NCBI GenBank assembly: GCA_033442325.1
Contig: JAWQFM010000006.1
Span: 666,673-730,672, forward strand
Reading direction: 5' to 3'
Length of the DNA stretch: 64,000 bases
Source of the DNA: Salpingoeca rosetta
Lineage: Eukaryota > Protista > Choanoflagellata
The notes under the pieces are model-generated. The model was given only the letters and a program-made list of their open reading frames with translations. It did not search any database and had not been told where the DNA came from. Shown piece after piece: positions 27,628 to 48,217 of this stretch; position 1 is the first letter of the stretch; each line of letters opens with the position of its first letter. Made by a program: the position numbers and the translations under genes.

Positions 27628-28768
27628 TGCGTGTGCTGGCATCGGGACTTTCCCGGCTGACACGTCGTGTCATATCTCCGTTCAACATCTTTTATTTCTG
27701 GGTCATGCCTCACCACACACTTCCTCCACACCTCCACACCTTTACATTTCCACCCACCACCACGTTCCACCACCACGGCTGCGTTCTACGGCGCAGCCTG
27801 ATCAGCCGCGCTGCTCTGGCCATTGCAAAGGGGGCCACGAGGCGTGTGGACGTGCTTGACATTCACATGCAGCGCAAACCAAGCATGGTTACGCACCTCT
27901 CAAAGAGCACAGTGAAGCCACCCAGTGTGGGCAACAGCAACGATAACCAAGATGGTGGCGGCGACGATGATGGCGACGATGATGACAGCTCAGATGACAT
28001 TGACGTGGTGACACTTGCGGCTGATGGTGTGGTGCTCTCGCGCGGAAGCAATGCCAATAACGATAGCGGCAGCAACAGCACTGCTGCTCCTGAGGATGAT
28101 ATGTACGGAAGTCCATCCCACCCCGCCACCAACGAGCACATCTACGGCCTGGTGAGTGCTACAACAGAGCAAGACACTGCACAACACACGCACGCACGCA
28201 TGCACGCTGTGATGCAGCTGTGCTGATGTACGAAGCACTCACGCGGGCGATGACACGCGCGTGCATGTCTCCACCCACTCACCGACGTTTTGCTGTGTGT
28301 GCTTGCTTTGCCTGGTCACAGAGCTGTATTGGGTGGGGTTTGACTGGTGCGTGCACAGCCCGGGCGCAACACCTGCGCTGGATGCCTGGGCAGAAGAAAA
28401 TCCGATACGATGTCGCAGGCTTCCTCACGCTGCTCAAGGTGGCCTTTCTGCCGCCCCTCTCGCTCTGTTCGCTGGCTTGTTTGTGTGTTTGTTTGCTTTG
28501 TTGCTGCTCTCTCGTCCGTGTTGCGTTTGCGTTTGCGCTTGCTCGTTTTGTGTGTTTGTTTCACTTGTTCTTGCATGCGTGTACACTCCTGCGCGCGTAA
28601 GACCAGCGCAGCCGCTGCCTCGTGTCTCCGCTTCTCACCACGGTCGTAACGATGCTACGTGGTGTCAGGACTGGCCGATTGTGTGCAAGTGCAAGTTTGA
28701 ATGGCTCGACTCCAAGACCAATGAATGGATCGCAGAAGACGTGAGCGTCTGCTTGCTTGTTTGTTTGT

Positions 28769-28811
<43 letters not shown>

Positions 28812-29666
28812 ATGGCGATCGTTGGCTCAAACCGTCGTGCTCCAACGATCCTGCCGAACTACGACGATACCCCTTTGCTCCCAAAAACGAAGCTTGTCTC
28901 ACCGCAATCACAAATGCCACCGCCTTCTCCTCATCCCCACCCCTCTTCCCCTCTCCCATCGCCGCCTTGCCTCCCCGCGCTTCAGATTGGGATTGTGAAC
29001 ATGATTGCGGCAAACATGGACAAGCTCGGTGTTGCGCACGCCATCTGCCGCGGTATCAAACCAGACGATGGCATGATTGGGCTCACCCTCATCGACGACA
29101 CGCACTCGCGCACGGGCACGGTTGCCGCGGCCATGAGCTTGAAGAAGGGCAAGTACCTGGGCGACCACAAGAACGTGCGCACCGTGATCACGTCTGAATT
29201 TCGGATGACGCCGGCTGAAGGCAGCAAAGCAGAGAGGATCCCATTCAACATTGATGGCGATCCTGTCGACCCGGCCGCCGTTCATGTCAAGGTGACGCGG
29301 TCGTGCGTGTGTTTGTCTGTCTGTTTTGTGTCTGTGAGTGTGCGTGTGTGCCTGTGAATGTGCGTATGTCTGTGCTGTGTCTGTGTCTCTGTGTGTGTGT
29401 GTGTGTGTTGTGCGTGTGTCTGTGAGTGTGTGTGCGTGTGCTTCTCTGTCTTGTGTCTGTCTGTGCTGTGCCTGTGTCCGTGTGTGTCTGCATACCACAG
29501 TCTGCAGCTGTGCGTGTGCGTGGTGATGTGCTCCCGATAACAATCAATGTCTTTGATTGCTGTTGTGGCGCGTGTTGAATTGATCATCTCACACACAAGG
29601 CAAACAAACCGCACGTATGCGCAGGTGCTGCCGCAACGCATGAGCGTGTTTGCACACCCGGCTTGA
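23015..29666 (+). CDS. Sphingosine/ceramide kinase-family (DAGK catalytic) lipid kinase with two N-terminal PH domains, ~20 exons
   Basis: PH1: [11 protein letters not shown]|[11 protein letters not shown]...[10 protein letters not shown]...WLEQ. PH2: [11 protein letters not shown]|[11 protein letters not shown]...[20 protein letters not shown]. Catalytic motifs [28 protein letters not shown]|[27 protein letters not shown] 23015; TGA 29664-29666. Confidence 0.88.
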
Positions 29667-29975
29667 TGATAATGCATCCAAGCAACCGACTCTGTTGACC
29701 GTGTTCTCAAAACACAACGTATTGAACTTGATGCTGACCCCTTGCTTGCTCGCTCCCTCTCTGCTGCTGGCTTGCTTTGCTGCTTTGACTGCCTTGCTTG
29801 CTTTGTTTTGCTTTGTTCTGCTTTCCTCCTTCATTGATTGTTCTTCTCCTCCTTCTCCTTCTGTCCTCCTCCTCCTCCTCCTCCTCCTCCTCTGCCTCTT
29901 GTTTGTGCGCACTGCTGCTACTGCGTTACTGCCCCAACCACACAACCACCACGGCCATGATTGCTTTCGCGTGAT

Positions 29976-30020
<45 letters not shown>

Positions 30021-30619
30021 AATTTCCTTTCCTCGCCCTGTGCCTTATGCAAAGTCGCCACAAGCCAGTGTGTTCATCATTGGCTTCTTGTTGTGGTTTG
30101 ATTTTCTCTATCTAGTGCTGGCTCTTGTGGTCACCACACATGTGTACAAAGCCGACGACTAAACGCCCAGCACTCTGCGCATCCAACAGTCAAACCACTT
30201 GCATGTACACACACACGCACGCACGCACACAAACGAAACACAGAATGAACCTAAAAGTCGAAATGAAAGCATATGGTAGTACAACGAGCCAAAACAACGA
30301 GCCAAGCAGAACGCCACGTGGTTGAAAAGAAAAGCGACCACAACAACCTACACAACACACACACACACACACATGTGCTGCGTGTCACTTCACTTCACTT
30401 CACTCTCACTTATTCTTCTTCTAAAACAAGTGAACAAACAAACAAAATGGCAAACGAAATTCGTCTTATCACCACCACCCGCTATCGACAAGTAACGCTC
30501 ACGCACGCACACTTGTTACCGTTCACGCACTGCTTCACATCGCGAACAGTATGGTAACAACGGACACGACACCACCCCTGCGAAGCACCATCCATCACGC
30601 CAGATTGCCATCAGTGTCG

Positions 30620-35679
<5,060 letters not shown>

Positions 35680-36718
35680 CAAAGCAGAGGGTTCAATGGC
35701 CGCGTACTCCGGCTCACAGAGGAAGGAACCACTGACGCAGTTGCAATTGGGTGTCTGGATCACTCAAGATCCAGCGCCGATGCACCACTTGCGCAACTTG
35801 CGATTCTGGACGGTGAACTTTCGTTACGCGACGAGGAACGCTTCAGAGGCCCTTTGCTGTCGCGTACGTATGCACGTGTATGTATGCACACAGTTGCACG
35901 TACACGAAGGCTTGATGGTAGGCGGTAGTGGTGGTGGTGGTCGTCGTCGTGGGGGGTGCTGTGGTGTGGCGCTCGTGCTGTTTGCTTGCCTTGTCTTCTT
36001 CCTCTTCTTCTTCTTCTTCTGGTTCTTCTGGTTACACAAGCTTGTGGAAAAATAGTGAAGATTTCAAATAAACATCGCAGCCGGGCGACGCGCACAAAAC
36101 AACAGCGGCTTTTGTTTTGTGGAGGAGGAAGAAGGACAATCAAGGTGTGTGTTGCATGCACATACCGCACGGCGCATGCATGTTGTGTTTGCCTTTGTTG
36201 GCGTGTGTTTGTGTGTCTGCTTGTGTGTCTGCTTGTGCGTCTCGTCAACTCCAACAACAACAACAAGGTCTCTTTCGTCACATCACATCACATCAATTTA
36301 CACGTGTTTGCTTCATCCCACTGCCCGTCTCACCCCTCCCCCCCCACACACACACGATCATCAACAACAAACAGGGCTGGCTGTGTGTCCCCCGCACATC
36401 GTACCCGCGCTCTCTGTTGTTGAAGCACGCACGCACGCACACATACATTGGGATTGTGGCTTTGGGCCGCATCGCTTGACCCCGCGTGCTTGCGCGTCAA
36501 ATCGTGTCCATAGCAGTCGCCACGGCGTGAGCGTGCTTTTCCTTTGTGGGTCCCCTCCCTTGCCGTTACACCTTTTTTACCTCCCTTCCTTGCCGGCACA
36601 AGGCCCGACTGGTGCTCGCTTTTCTTCGTTCATAGCAACGGGCCCTTTTCGCGCCCAAAGGGCCGGCAGCTTGCGGCAGCGCCACTCGTAGACACGAACG
36701 GCAACCGTGCCCTCAGCC

Positions 36719-39323
36719 ATGTCTGAGCCCGCCACAACCACAACGGGCAGCGACCCGCTGCAGCTGCCATCGCCAGAGCAGCAAGATAATCAAATGGAGC
36801 AGCAACAGCAACAGCAGAAAAAAGAGGAACAGCTGCAGAACAGCACCAGCACCGGGGCAGGAAGCGCCAAAGACCTTTCTCCGTGGAAGTCGTTTCTTGC
36901 ACGGCTCGTGCGCATCCATCGTGAGGTGGTGCACCCGGACCATCTCAAGCACTCCAAGCACAAAGAACACATTTTCCACGAGCACTCTGAAGTTTCCAGC
37001 GAGGAGCTCTTCTTCGACCTGGTGTGTGTGTGTCTGTGTTTCTGCGTGTCCGTATGTCTGTGCCTGTGTCCGTGTGTATGTCTGTGTGCGCGTGTCTGCC
37101 TGTGCGTGTGTGTGTGTGTGTGAACGAACAAATGGCGCTTGCATTCAACAGCATCCGACAGCATGCACCTGCATCCAGCTGCATCTTTGCGGTGCCTCAT
37201 CTCCACCTTCACACAATAACCACCACCACAACAACAACAACAACATGTCAACCACTGCCCACGACACCAGATTTTCGTTGCCATTGGCATTGACCTGGGG
37301 TACTTCCTCAAGGCCGACCTCACCGCACGCCGTCTCGGCGAAACCCTCGTCATCTTCGCCACAGCCTGGCTGACATGGTGAGCCATCAACACAAAGCACA
37401 CACCCATCCACACCCACAAGTGATGCGCGCAACATGCACACCTGATGCACAAAAGTGTGCGCGCAGGCATACGCACACACAAAAGCGCGCAGGCATACGC
37501 ACACACGAAAGCGCGCAGGCATACGCACACACGAAAGCGCGCAGGCATATACACGCATACATATGCACGCGTGCACACATTCACGCACACACTCACACTC
37601 ACACTCACTCACACTCACACGCACACTCACACCCTCAATCGCAACACTGCTGCAGGTTCCACACCAACATCCTCCTGACGCGCTTTCGTCTCGGACAGCC
37701 GCTGTCATCCCTGGTCTTCCTCATCATGGTGGGCACGCTTGGGCACGCCATCCACGCGGTTGAACAGCCCAGCGTTGGCGTGGTCGAGAGCGGGTTTGGC
37801 AAGAACGACCCCATGATCTTTGGCTCCCTCTGCCTCACCCGCGTGGCCTTCCTCTGCGTGTACCTGGTGGTGGCCTGGCGCATACCGCTCGCACGCGCCA
37901 TGGTGCGCAAGTACCTCATCATCTTCGCCATCAGCTCGTGCCTCTTCCTCGCCGCTGCCGCCGCCAACCACGCGACCGCAGCGATTGTGCTGTGGATCAC
38001 CGCCTCCGTTGCCGAACTCATCATGTACCCGCTGGCACTGCTCACCCCGCACGAGTACCAGCTCACCGTCAACACCGCGCACTTGCTCGAGCGCAACCAG
38101 CTCTGGGTTGTGCTCATCCTTGGCGAGTCCATCCTCTCCATTGCCTCGGCGCAGCACATGCGTGACGTTGAGTACTACGTTGTCGTCGTGTGTGCGTTTC
38201 TCCTCGTGTACTGGCTGATGAAGTTTCATCTCAAGTCCCAACACCTGCTGGACGAACGCGCGGAAGAGCATGCGCTCGACCACTCTCCGCTGCTCGCGTT
38301 TGTGTTTGACTCGCTGCATCTTGTCATCACCTCGGGCATGCTGGTGATGGCGGTTGGCATCAAGCTTGCCATCTCGTATGCGTCGCACCCGGAGGACTAC
38401 AAGCGCGTGTACGCGTGGGCGCTGACGGGCCCGCTTGGCATCACCCTCTTCACCATGAACGTGTCTAGTCTGCTGCACAAGATGCGACCGCTGCAGTTGT
38501 GCGGGCGCAAGACAACGCGGGTCGACATTCTCCGAGTGGAGGCCGTGTTGAGTCTCCTCATTGTTCCGCTCGCTCTTCTCGTGGACGAGAACGACACCGC
38601 AAGCAAAGGCAAGCGCAGCCTTGCTGACGGTGGGGATGACGCTTCAATGCACTTCGCCCCTGCCCCGGCCACCACCATGGACGCCGCCGCACTCGCTGCT
38701 GCGGCTGCTGTCGGTGACGGTGCTGGTGCTGGTGCCTACGGCGATGGTGGTGATGGTGACTATGGCTTGAACGCGGTGCCGTCCATGTTTATGAATGCCA
38801 TTGCCGGTGGCGGCGGCGGTGTTGTGACGACAGTTGCCACGGCAGCCACCAACTCGACGGTAGATGGTGACACTGTGTCGCATCACCTCGACCCAGCTTC
38901 CCTCATGCCCATCCTCGCATGTAAGCACTTGCAGCGGCAACACTGGTCCTGGTGCTGGTGGTGGTGGTGCTGCTCTTCTTGACTTTCATATGCTGTTTTT
39001 TTTTCTTTTCTTTTTTCTCTGTGACACTCAACATTTCGTTTTGATGCTGCAATTTTGGTTATTGTTTGTGTGTGTGTACGTGTGTATGTGTGTGTATGTG
39101 TATGCGTGTGTGTGTGTGTACGTGTGTACGTGTGTATGTGTGTGTGCAGGTGTCCTTGGCTCGATGCTGCTGCTTGAATCGCTGCTGACGGTCGAAGAGG
39201 AGGAAGAGGAGGATTTCTTCGTCTCCCAAGGAACACAGACCGACCTCACCTCGTTCCAGTTCCAAGCGGACGAGGCAGACGGACACAGGTGATGATCGTG
39301 CCGCCTTGTGATGTGGATGCCAC

Positions 39324-39380
<57 letters not shown>

Positions 39381-42299
39381 CATCTCCCCGGTGTCCTGCC
39401 GCATGCGCTGCTACCAACGCACATACACGCGCACATTGGTTGTTGTCGATTCTCACCGCGCTCTCTTCCCCGACCAAAACACCTCACACCCTCACAACCT
39501 TGGACAATATTGCCACCACCGACAGCCGCAGCCGCCTGCGTCATGCGCTGGATGTGCGGCGTCATCGTCCACACGACCAGCAGCAGCACCACCACCACCA
39601 CGACCGCCACCACTACAGCTGGCTCCACTTCCTGCACCTCAGCCGCCACGACTCGCGAAGCAACAGCCCAGCTGGCCACGACCACCCGCACCACCACCGC
39701 TCGAGCTGGCTCAGCTTCCTCCACCGTGGCGAGTCGCACGATGCCAGCAGCGATGGCGGTCACGACCACCATCATCACAGCTGGTGGCGGCGGCGCAGCA
39801 GGCACGCGAGCGTTGATGAAACATCAAGGCGTCATGACGCAACAACAGCCACGTCGCAGCCAAACATCCCAGAATCCGTCAACACTTTTGGTACGTGTGT
39901 ATGCTTGTGTGTGTGCATGTGTGTGTATGCATGTGTGAGTGTTGCCTTACCTTGCACGTTGCTTCTTGCGTGCGCCAATGCCACACGATGCATCCCTCAC
40001 CTAATCCTTCCCCCCCCCCCAAAAAAAATCTTTTCACCATGTCAGGAAACGATCCCGCTGCACCAGTTGAGACACCGGGACTTCGCACCGTCACCTCCGT
40101 TCCATCCATGACCAAGGTCGGTGGCATACAGATGTCACGCCCCTCCTCATATTGCGGTGTGCTCCACTTTCACGGTCTTCTCTGTGGTGCTTGATTTTTC
40201 TCATGTGGTCCCAACTGGAATGCAAACGCACACATACCTTCACACAACAACAACTTAAGCAACAACAACAACAACAACAACCAACAATCCTCCGCACATG
40301 TCCTCACTGACCATTGTGTCCCCCCCCCCCCCCCACACACACACCCCAATTGCCCCGGCAGCTGAGCATGGAGGGCGCAACGCACACGAGCGGCAATCCG
40401 CGCCGCCGTCTCGCCCGCGCCCCGAATCTCGGCAGCGTTGCGGAGGACGTGGACAATGCGCACCTCGACACCGACGCTGCCGCTGCTGCTGTTGTAGGTG
40501 GTGGTGGTGCTCGGCGGCGTAAGCACAAGCAGCAGCAGCTTGAAGCGAGCGACGTTGTTGTTCCCCATGACGGCGACCACGGCCACGAGTATCCCCAGTA
40601 TCACCCTCACCACCACCACCAGCAGGCTGCCCCTGCAGCACTTCCGCACCACTTACGGCCGCGCCGTGGCCCGCGCCGAGCGGAGAGTGCGCCCGTGTCA
40701 TCCCTGCACACGCCAACAGACGGATCGCGTACACCGCTGGCGCCGCTGCGCGAAGCAACGCCAGTCGACTTTGACTCGAGCGAACTTCGAAGCGGCCTCG
40801 TCCTCACCTTGGGCGGTGGTGACGATGATGATGATGATGATGATGGCCAGGATGGTCAGGATGGTCAGGACGGTCAGGGTGGTGGTGGTGGTGGTTATGA
40901 TGGCAGCGCTACGGCAGCTGGTGCCGCAACAGATGACAACAAGGCATCTGAGGAGATGCTTGAAGTCGCCCCACACACACACGACCATGCACGCGCGCAC
41001 GCCGACGCGGGAGCAAGCGGAGAGCTGACGCCGCTGCGCACAACATCACTGCTGGATATGCATGGCAGCATGCGAGCACAGCCCATGCAGTGGACAGTGC
41101 GGGAAGGGCAAGCAGGCACGCTCCGCACAGCAGGCGCTCATACGCACGCGCACGTGCGGGGGCGTGGGGGCGTTGACGGGGCTGGGGACAGCAGTGGCAC
41201 GAGCCAGGAGCAGAGCATCACGCCCTCATACCGGCAGCACCAGCAGCACCAACATCATCAGCAGCAGCAGCATGTGCCAACGAGAGGGGCTGCCACCGTG
41301 GGGACAACGACACCCACGCACCCGTCGCCGCTGGCGGAGCGGTCGAGACGCGTGTACAAGAGCACGGAGGCGGTGGGCGGTGACGCACAGGGTGGCAGGG
41401 ACATGCACCGCGGCCGCAAACACACGTCACACGTGCACGCTGGCGGGGGTGGTGATCTGCGCCACACGCTGAGTGCCGGTGATGTTGCACACATGCGCGG
41501 GGCACGGGCTGTCATCCTGCCCACGCCGCGGAAACACCACCATCACCACCACCACTCGCGACGGCGCACGCAGCTGGAGCGCGAGTTTGGCGAGTCGTCG
41601 GAGGCAGTGGACTTCTTCGTTGTCGGGGACCACGAGATGCGCGTGTTGGAATCTGCTTCCCCAACGGTGGCATCGTCCACCACCACGCTTGATGGCAACG
41701 GTGAAGGCGCTGGCAATGGCAACGGATACGCGCATGCAGTCAACGGCGGCAGCGACGCCGCTACGCTGTCGCACGTGCGGGTGGTGACACCGACAAATGG
41801 TCGGGCACCTGCACCAGCCGCGGACACTGGCGCCTTTGTGCCACTGCCCGCACCTCAGGCACAGGCACAGCAACACCCTGCGACTGTTGATCACAGCAAC
41901 GGCCACGTGGGTGTGTTAACACAACCGCACAATGACGTGTCCGCGACAGCACCACCTGAAGCGCCTGTGGCCTCGTTCCCCAGCACAGCGCCAACAGCGA
42001 CACTGCCACATGTGGCAGCGGGTGACATTGCGTCGCCGCCTACTGGCGCGGTGGCAGCTGAAGGGTATGCGACAAGCACGCCCATGACTGGTGTTGGCCA
42101 CTGGATGGCTGCTGATCATCACACAGCTGATGCGCACGGTGCACGTGATCACCAACAGCAACAGCAGCAACCACACCAGCAGCAACCGCAACCACAGCAA
42201 CAGCAGCAAGAGCAGCAGCAGGCTGTGCTTGTGTTGAGTGATCGCCAACACAATACTGACAACGATGGTGGTGAAGGCGTGGACTTTGTTGTGGTGTAA
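36719..42299 (+). CDS. LtrA (low temperature requirement A) family polytopic membrane protein with a very long disordered His-rich C-terminus; exons ~36719-37021, 37271-37377, 37656-38920, 39150-39288, 39526-39890, 40046-40116, 40342-42299
   Basis: Family motifs VSSEELFFDL|IFVA and HLLERNQLWVVLILGESI; roughly 11-12 hydrophobic segments; downstream exons join in frame to TAA at 42297-42299. Confidence 0.78.
37460..37550. repeat. Intronic tandem repeat, ~26-bp unit gcgcgcaggcatacgcacacacgaaa, about 3.5 copies
   Basis: Directly visible. Confidence 0.8.
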
Positions 42300-42509
42300 G
42301 CACATAACTGGATTAAGAGTCGCGAGGGAGGCGGTGGGGCTGCGTTGAGTGGAGTTGCGTTGCGTGCGTGAATCAGTGAGTTAGGGTGGGGTGGGGGGAG
42401 AAGGAGGATAATAGCTGGTGGGCAGCCCACATGCCTTCAGCTTGATGTTGCTACTTTGCCTGTCTTGTTCTTGACGCAAGTTGACCTGTTTGCTAGTTCT
42501 TGCACTTGC

Positions 42510-42555
<46 letters not shown>

Positions 42556-42734
42556 CGTTCGTTCGTTGTAGCTGTTCTCGACTTGTGCTTGTGCTTGTGC
42601 TTGTTCTGAGTGCAAACCACACCATTTGCAATCGACTGTCAAGTAAGCAAGGCAGGAGCACCAACGCAAATACAACCACACAACACATATACACACACAA
42701 CAAAAAAAAACAAGCAAGCACGCGCACGCACACA

Positions 42735-42824
<90 letters not shown>

Positions 42825-42936
42825 AAAAAAGCAAGCACACCCAAGCACACGTATTGTTCGAGGCACTCCTCCCACAATCACACATTTTCTGCGCATTCAT
42901 TTGCAAGACCACAACCACCAAAACAAAGCAAGGGAG

Positions 42937-45705
<2,769 letters not shown>

Positions 45706-45731
45706 TGCGGTTGCGGTTTGTGTGTGTGTGT

Positions 45732-45799
<68 letters not shown>

Positions 45800-46842
45800 A
45801 TTTGTGTGAAGCGATAATTAATCCCTGCGTCTGTGCCCCCCTCCCGCTGGTGCCTCTTCCCTGTACATGTTCGGGTATTGATGATTGAATCTGTTGCGTT
45901 GATTGCCCTCAATTGTGTGAATGACCAAACAGTGTGATCAGCTGTTTCGTGCTTGCCATCCTGTGCTTTCTGCCTCGCAACATCCTTTGTTCTGTGTTGG
46001 GTTTTAACTCTATGGCCCATTTCATGTGGCAATCCATTCATGCCATGTGTCACTTTGCTTTGTCCTCTTTCGCTTGAGTCGCATGCAAACACTAAACAAC
46101 AACAACCAGCAACAACAACAACAGCAACAACAACAACCAGCAACAACAACAACAACAACAACAACAAGAACAACAACAACAACAACTCGTACGCACGAAA
46201 CGAACAAGCACACAAGTCACCACCACTGGTCTTGGTTCGTAGCACTCACGCACCTGTCAGTTGGCCGCACCAAGCAAATCCAACAGCACAACACCCAATC
46301 GTTTAATGACGAGCAGACAAGCTGCGTGCGTGATGCTATGACACGGCAAATGGAAGTGTATGTGTGTGGAGCTACGTGTTGAGTTGTGTGCGTGTGTGCG
46401 TATCCGCGCGTGTCTGTGGGTTTCATGCATGCAGAAGAACCAGCACCAACATAGGGCATTCGCATCACACGCGTCACAGCAACAGCAACAGCAACAACAG
46501 ATGCATGATGAAAAGGAGGAAGAGATGTGGGGAAGGACTTGCACGGCTTACACAAGCCATGCGCGTGTGGGGCGGTGAGGAAGCGTGGAGGTCAGGAATG
46601 CATGGAAGAGGAAGAAGATGGAGGGAAGACGGGAGAAAGAAGAGAGGAAAGGAAAGGAAAGGAGGGCTTTAAGATGAAGCAACAGCAGCCAGCGCAAATA
46701 AGAGGAAAGTGGAAGAGCAAATCGATTCGAGGAATAAAGAGGTCGAGACAAGAGATCCACGCGCGCGAACACGTACACACTCGCACGGTGCGTTTTCGCG
46801 TGGGTGTGCGCTTGCATGTGCGCTTGCATGTGTACGGTTGCC

Positions 46843-47213
46843 TCAAATGGACCTGTTCTCGATTGGTTGCACCACGTGGTTGGCGCCAAAGTTGTTGTCC
46901 CAAACCTCCTCGCCACCACTCTGTTTAACGGATGGCATGACAGCACGTATGTGTGTGAAGGTGGGAGCCAAATCCCCGGGGGGGGGGGGGGCCGAGGTCA
47001 GCAAGCTTCAAGTACAAGCACACACACAGACACACACACAATAAGCACAAGCACACACACACACACAACACACACACACACACACACACGAACCCACACA
47101 TCGAGTGTACTCACGCGCATGCAGATTGCAAACTCGAGTCGCCCGTGCTCGTTCTCGGGCAGAGGGATGCGCGTCTGATCATTTGTGCATATGTTGCGCG
47201 TGTGTGTGTGCGC

Positions 47214-47265
<52 letters not shown>

Positions 47266-48136
47266 GTGTCATGGGTATGTAAGCTGCACTAGCAAAAAGG
47301 GCCACGTTCGACTGCGTCGTTGCCACTTCTTGCAACCCTTCACGTCAAACATTGAACCAACGTCACGTGCACACAGACAGCAGCACTGACCCTGAAGAGC
47401 TGTGTGCTCGGCATCATGCCAAGGCAGTCGCTGCAGTGGCGGGCCTTTGCGTCGTTGTATGTTTGCCAGCTGGTGCGAGGAGGTTGGAGCCGCGGTTGAT
47501 TACATGCATGCATGCATGCATGCACATGAACATAAATATGCAGGTGCAGATGGATAACATGTGCGGGTGCACGGAAGCGCGTGGCACACACAGTAAAGAA
47601 GGGAGTTGGGTGAGATAGGTGAGTGGCGTTGTAATGCACAAGTGAGGACCAGTAAGATGCGGTTGCACGACTGACATTCACGCCATCACAACATCAACCG
47701 TTCTCCATCCAACACATGCGCTTCCTCTGCGCTCCACCGGAAGCACGCTGCACCTTTTGCTGTTGCTCACCCGTCGGTTGTGTATCGGACGAAGCAGTCA
47801 ACGTCACCGCGGTCGTACACGGTGTTGGGAATGCGGATCAGCCTGCAGGCAGTCGTGATGTGAAATCGCACACGTAAAGAACACACACATACAACAAGCA
47901 TGATGAGATGCAAAGGGGCTTGGTGGACATGAAAGCGGCGCAACAAAGCAAAGTGGGCGTGCATGCATGCACGCGTGCATAGCATGCGCAGAGTGCGACG
48001 CAATGTAAGAATAGTATCGCCGCGTGATGCGTCGCCTCAGGCAGCGAACACACGCACAACACCCACGCACAACACCCACGCACAACACCCACGCACAACA
48101 CCCACGCACAACACCCACGCACATCGATGCGCACAG

Positions 48137-48217
<81 letters not shown>

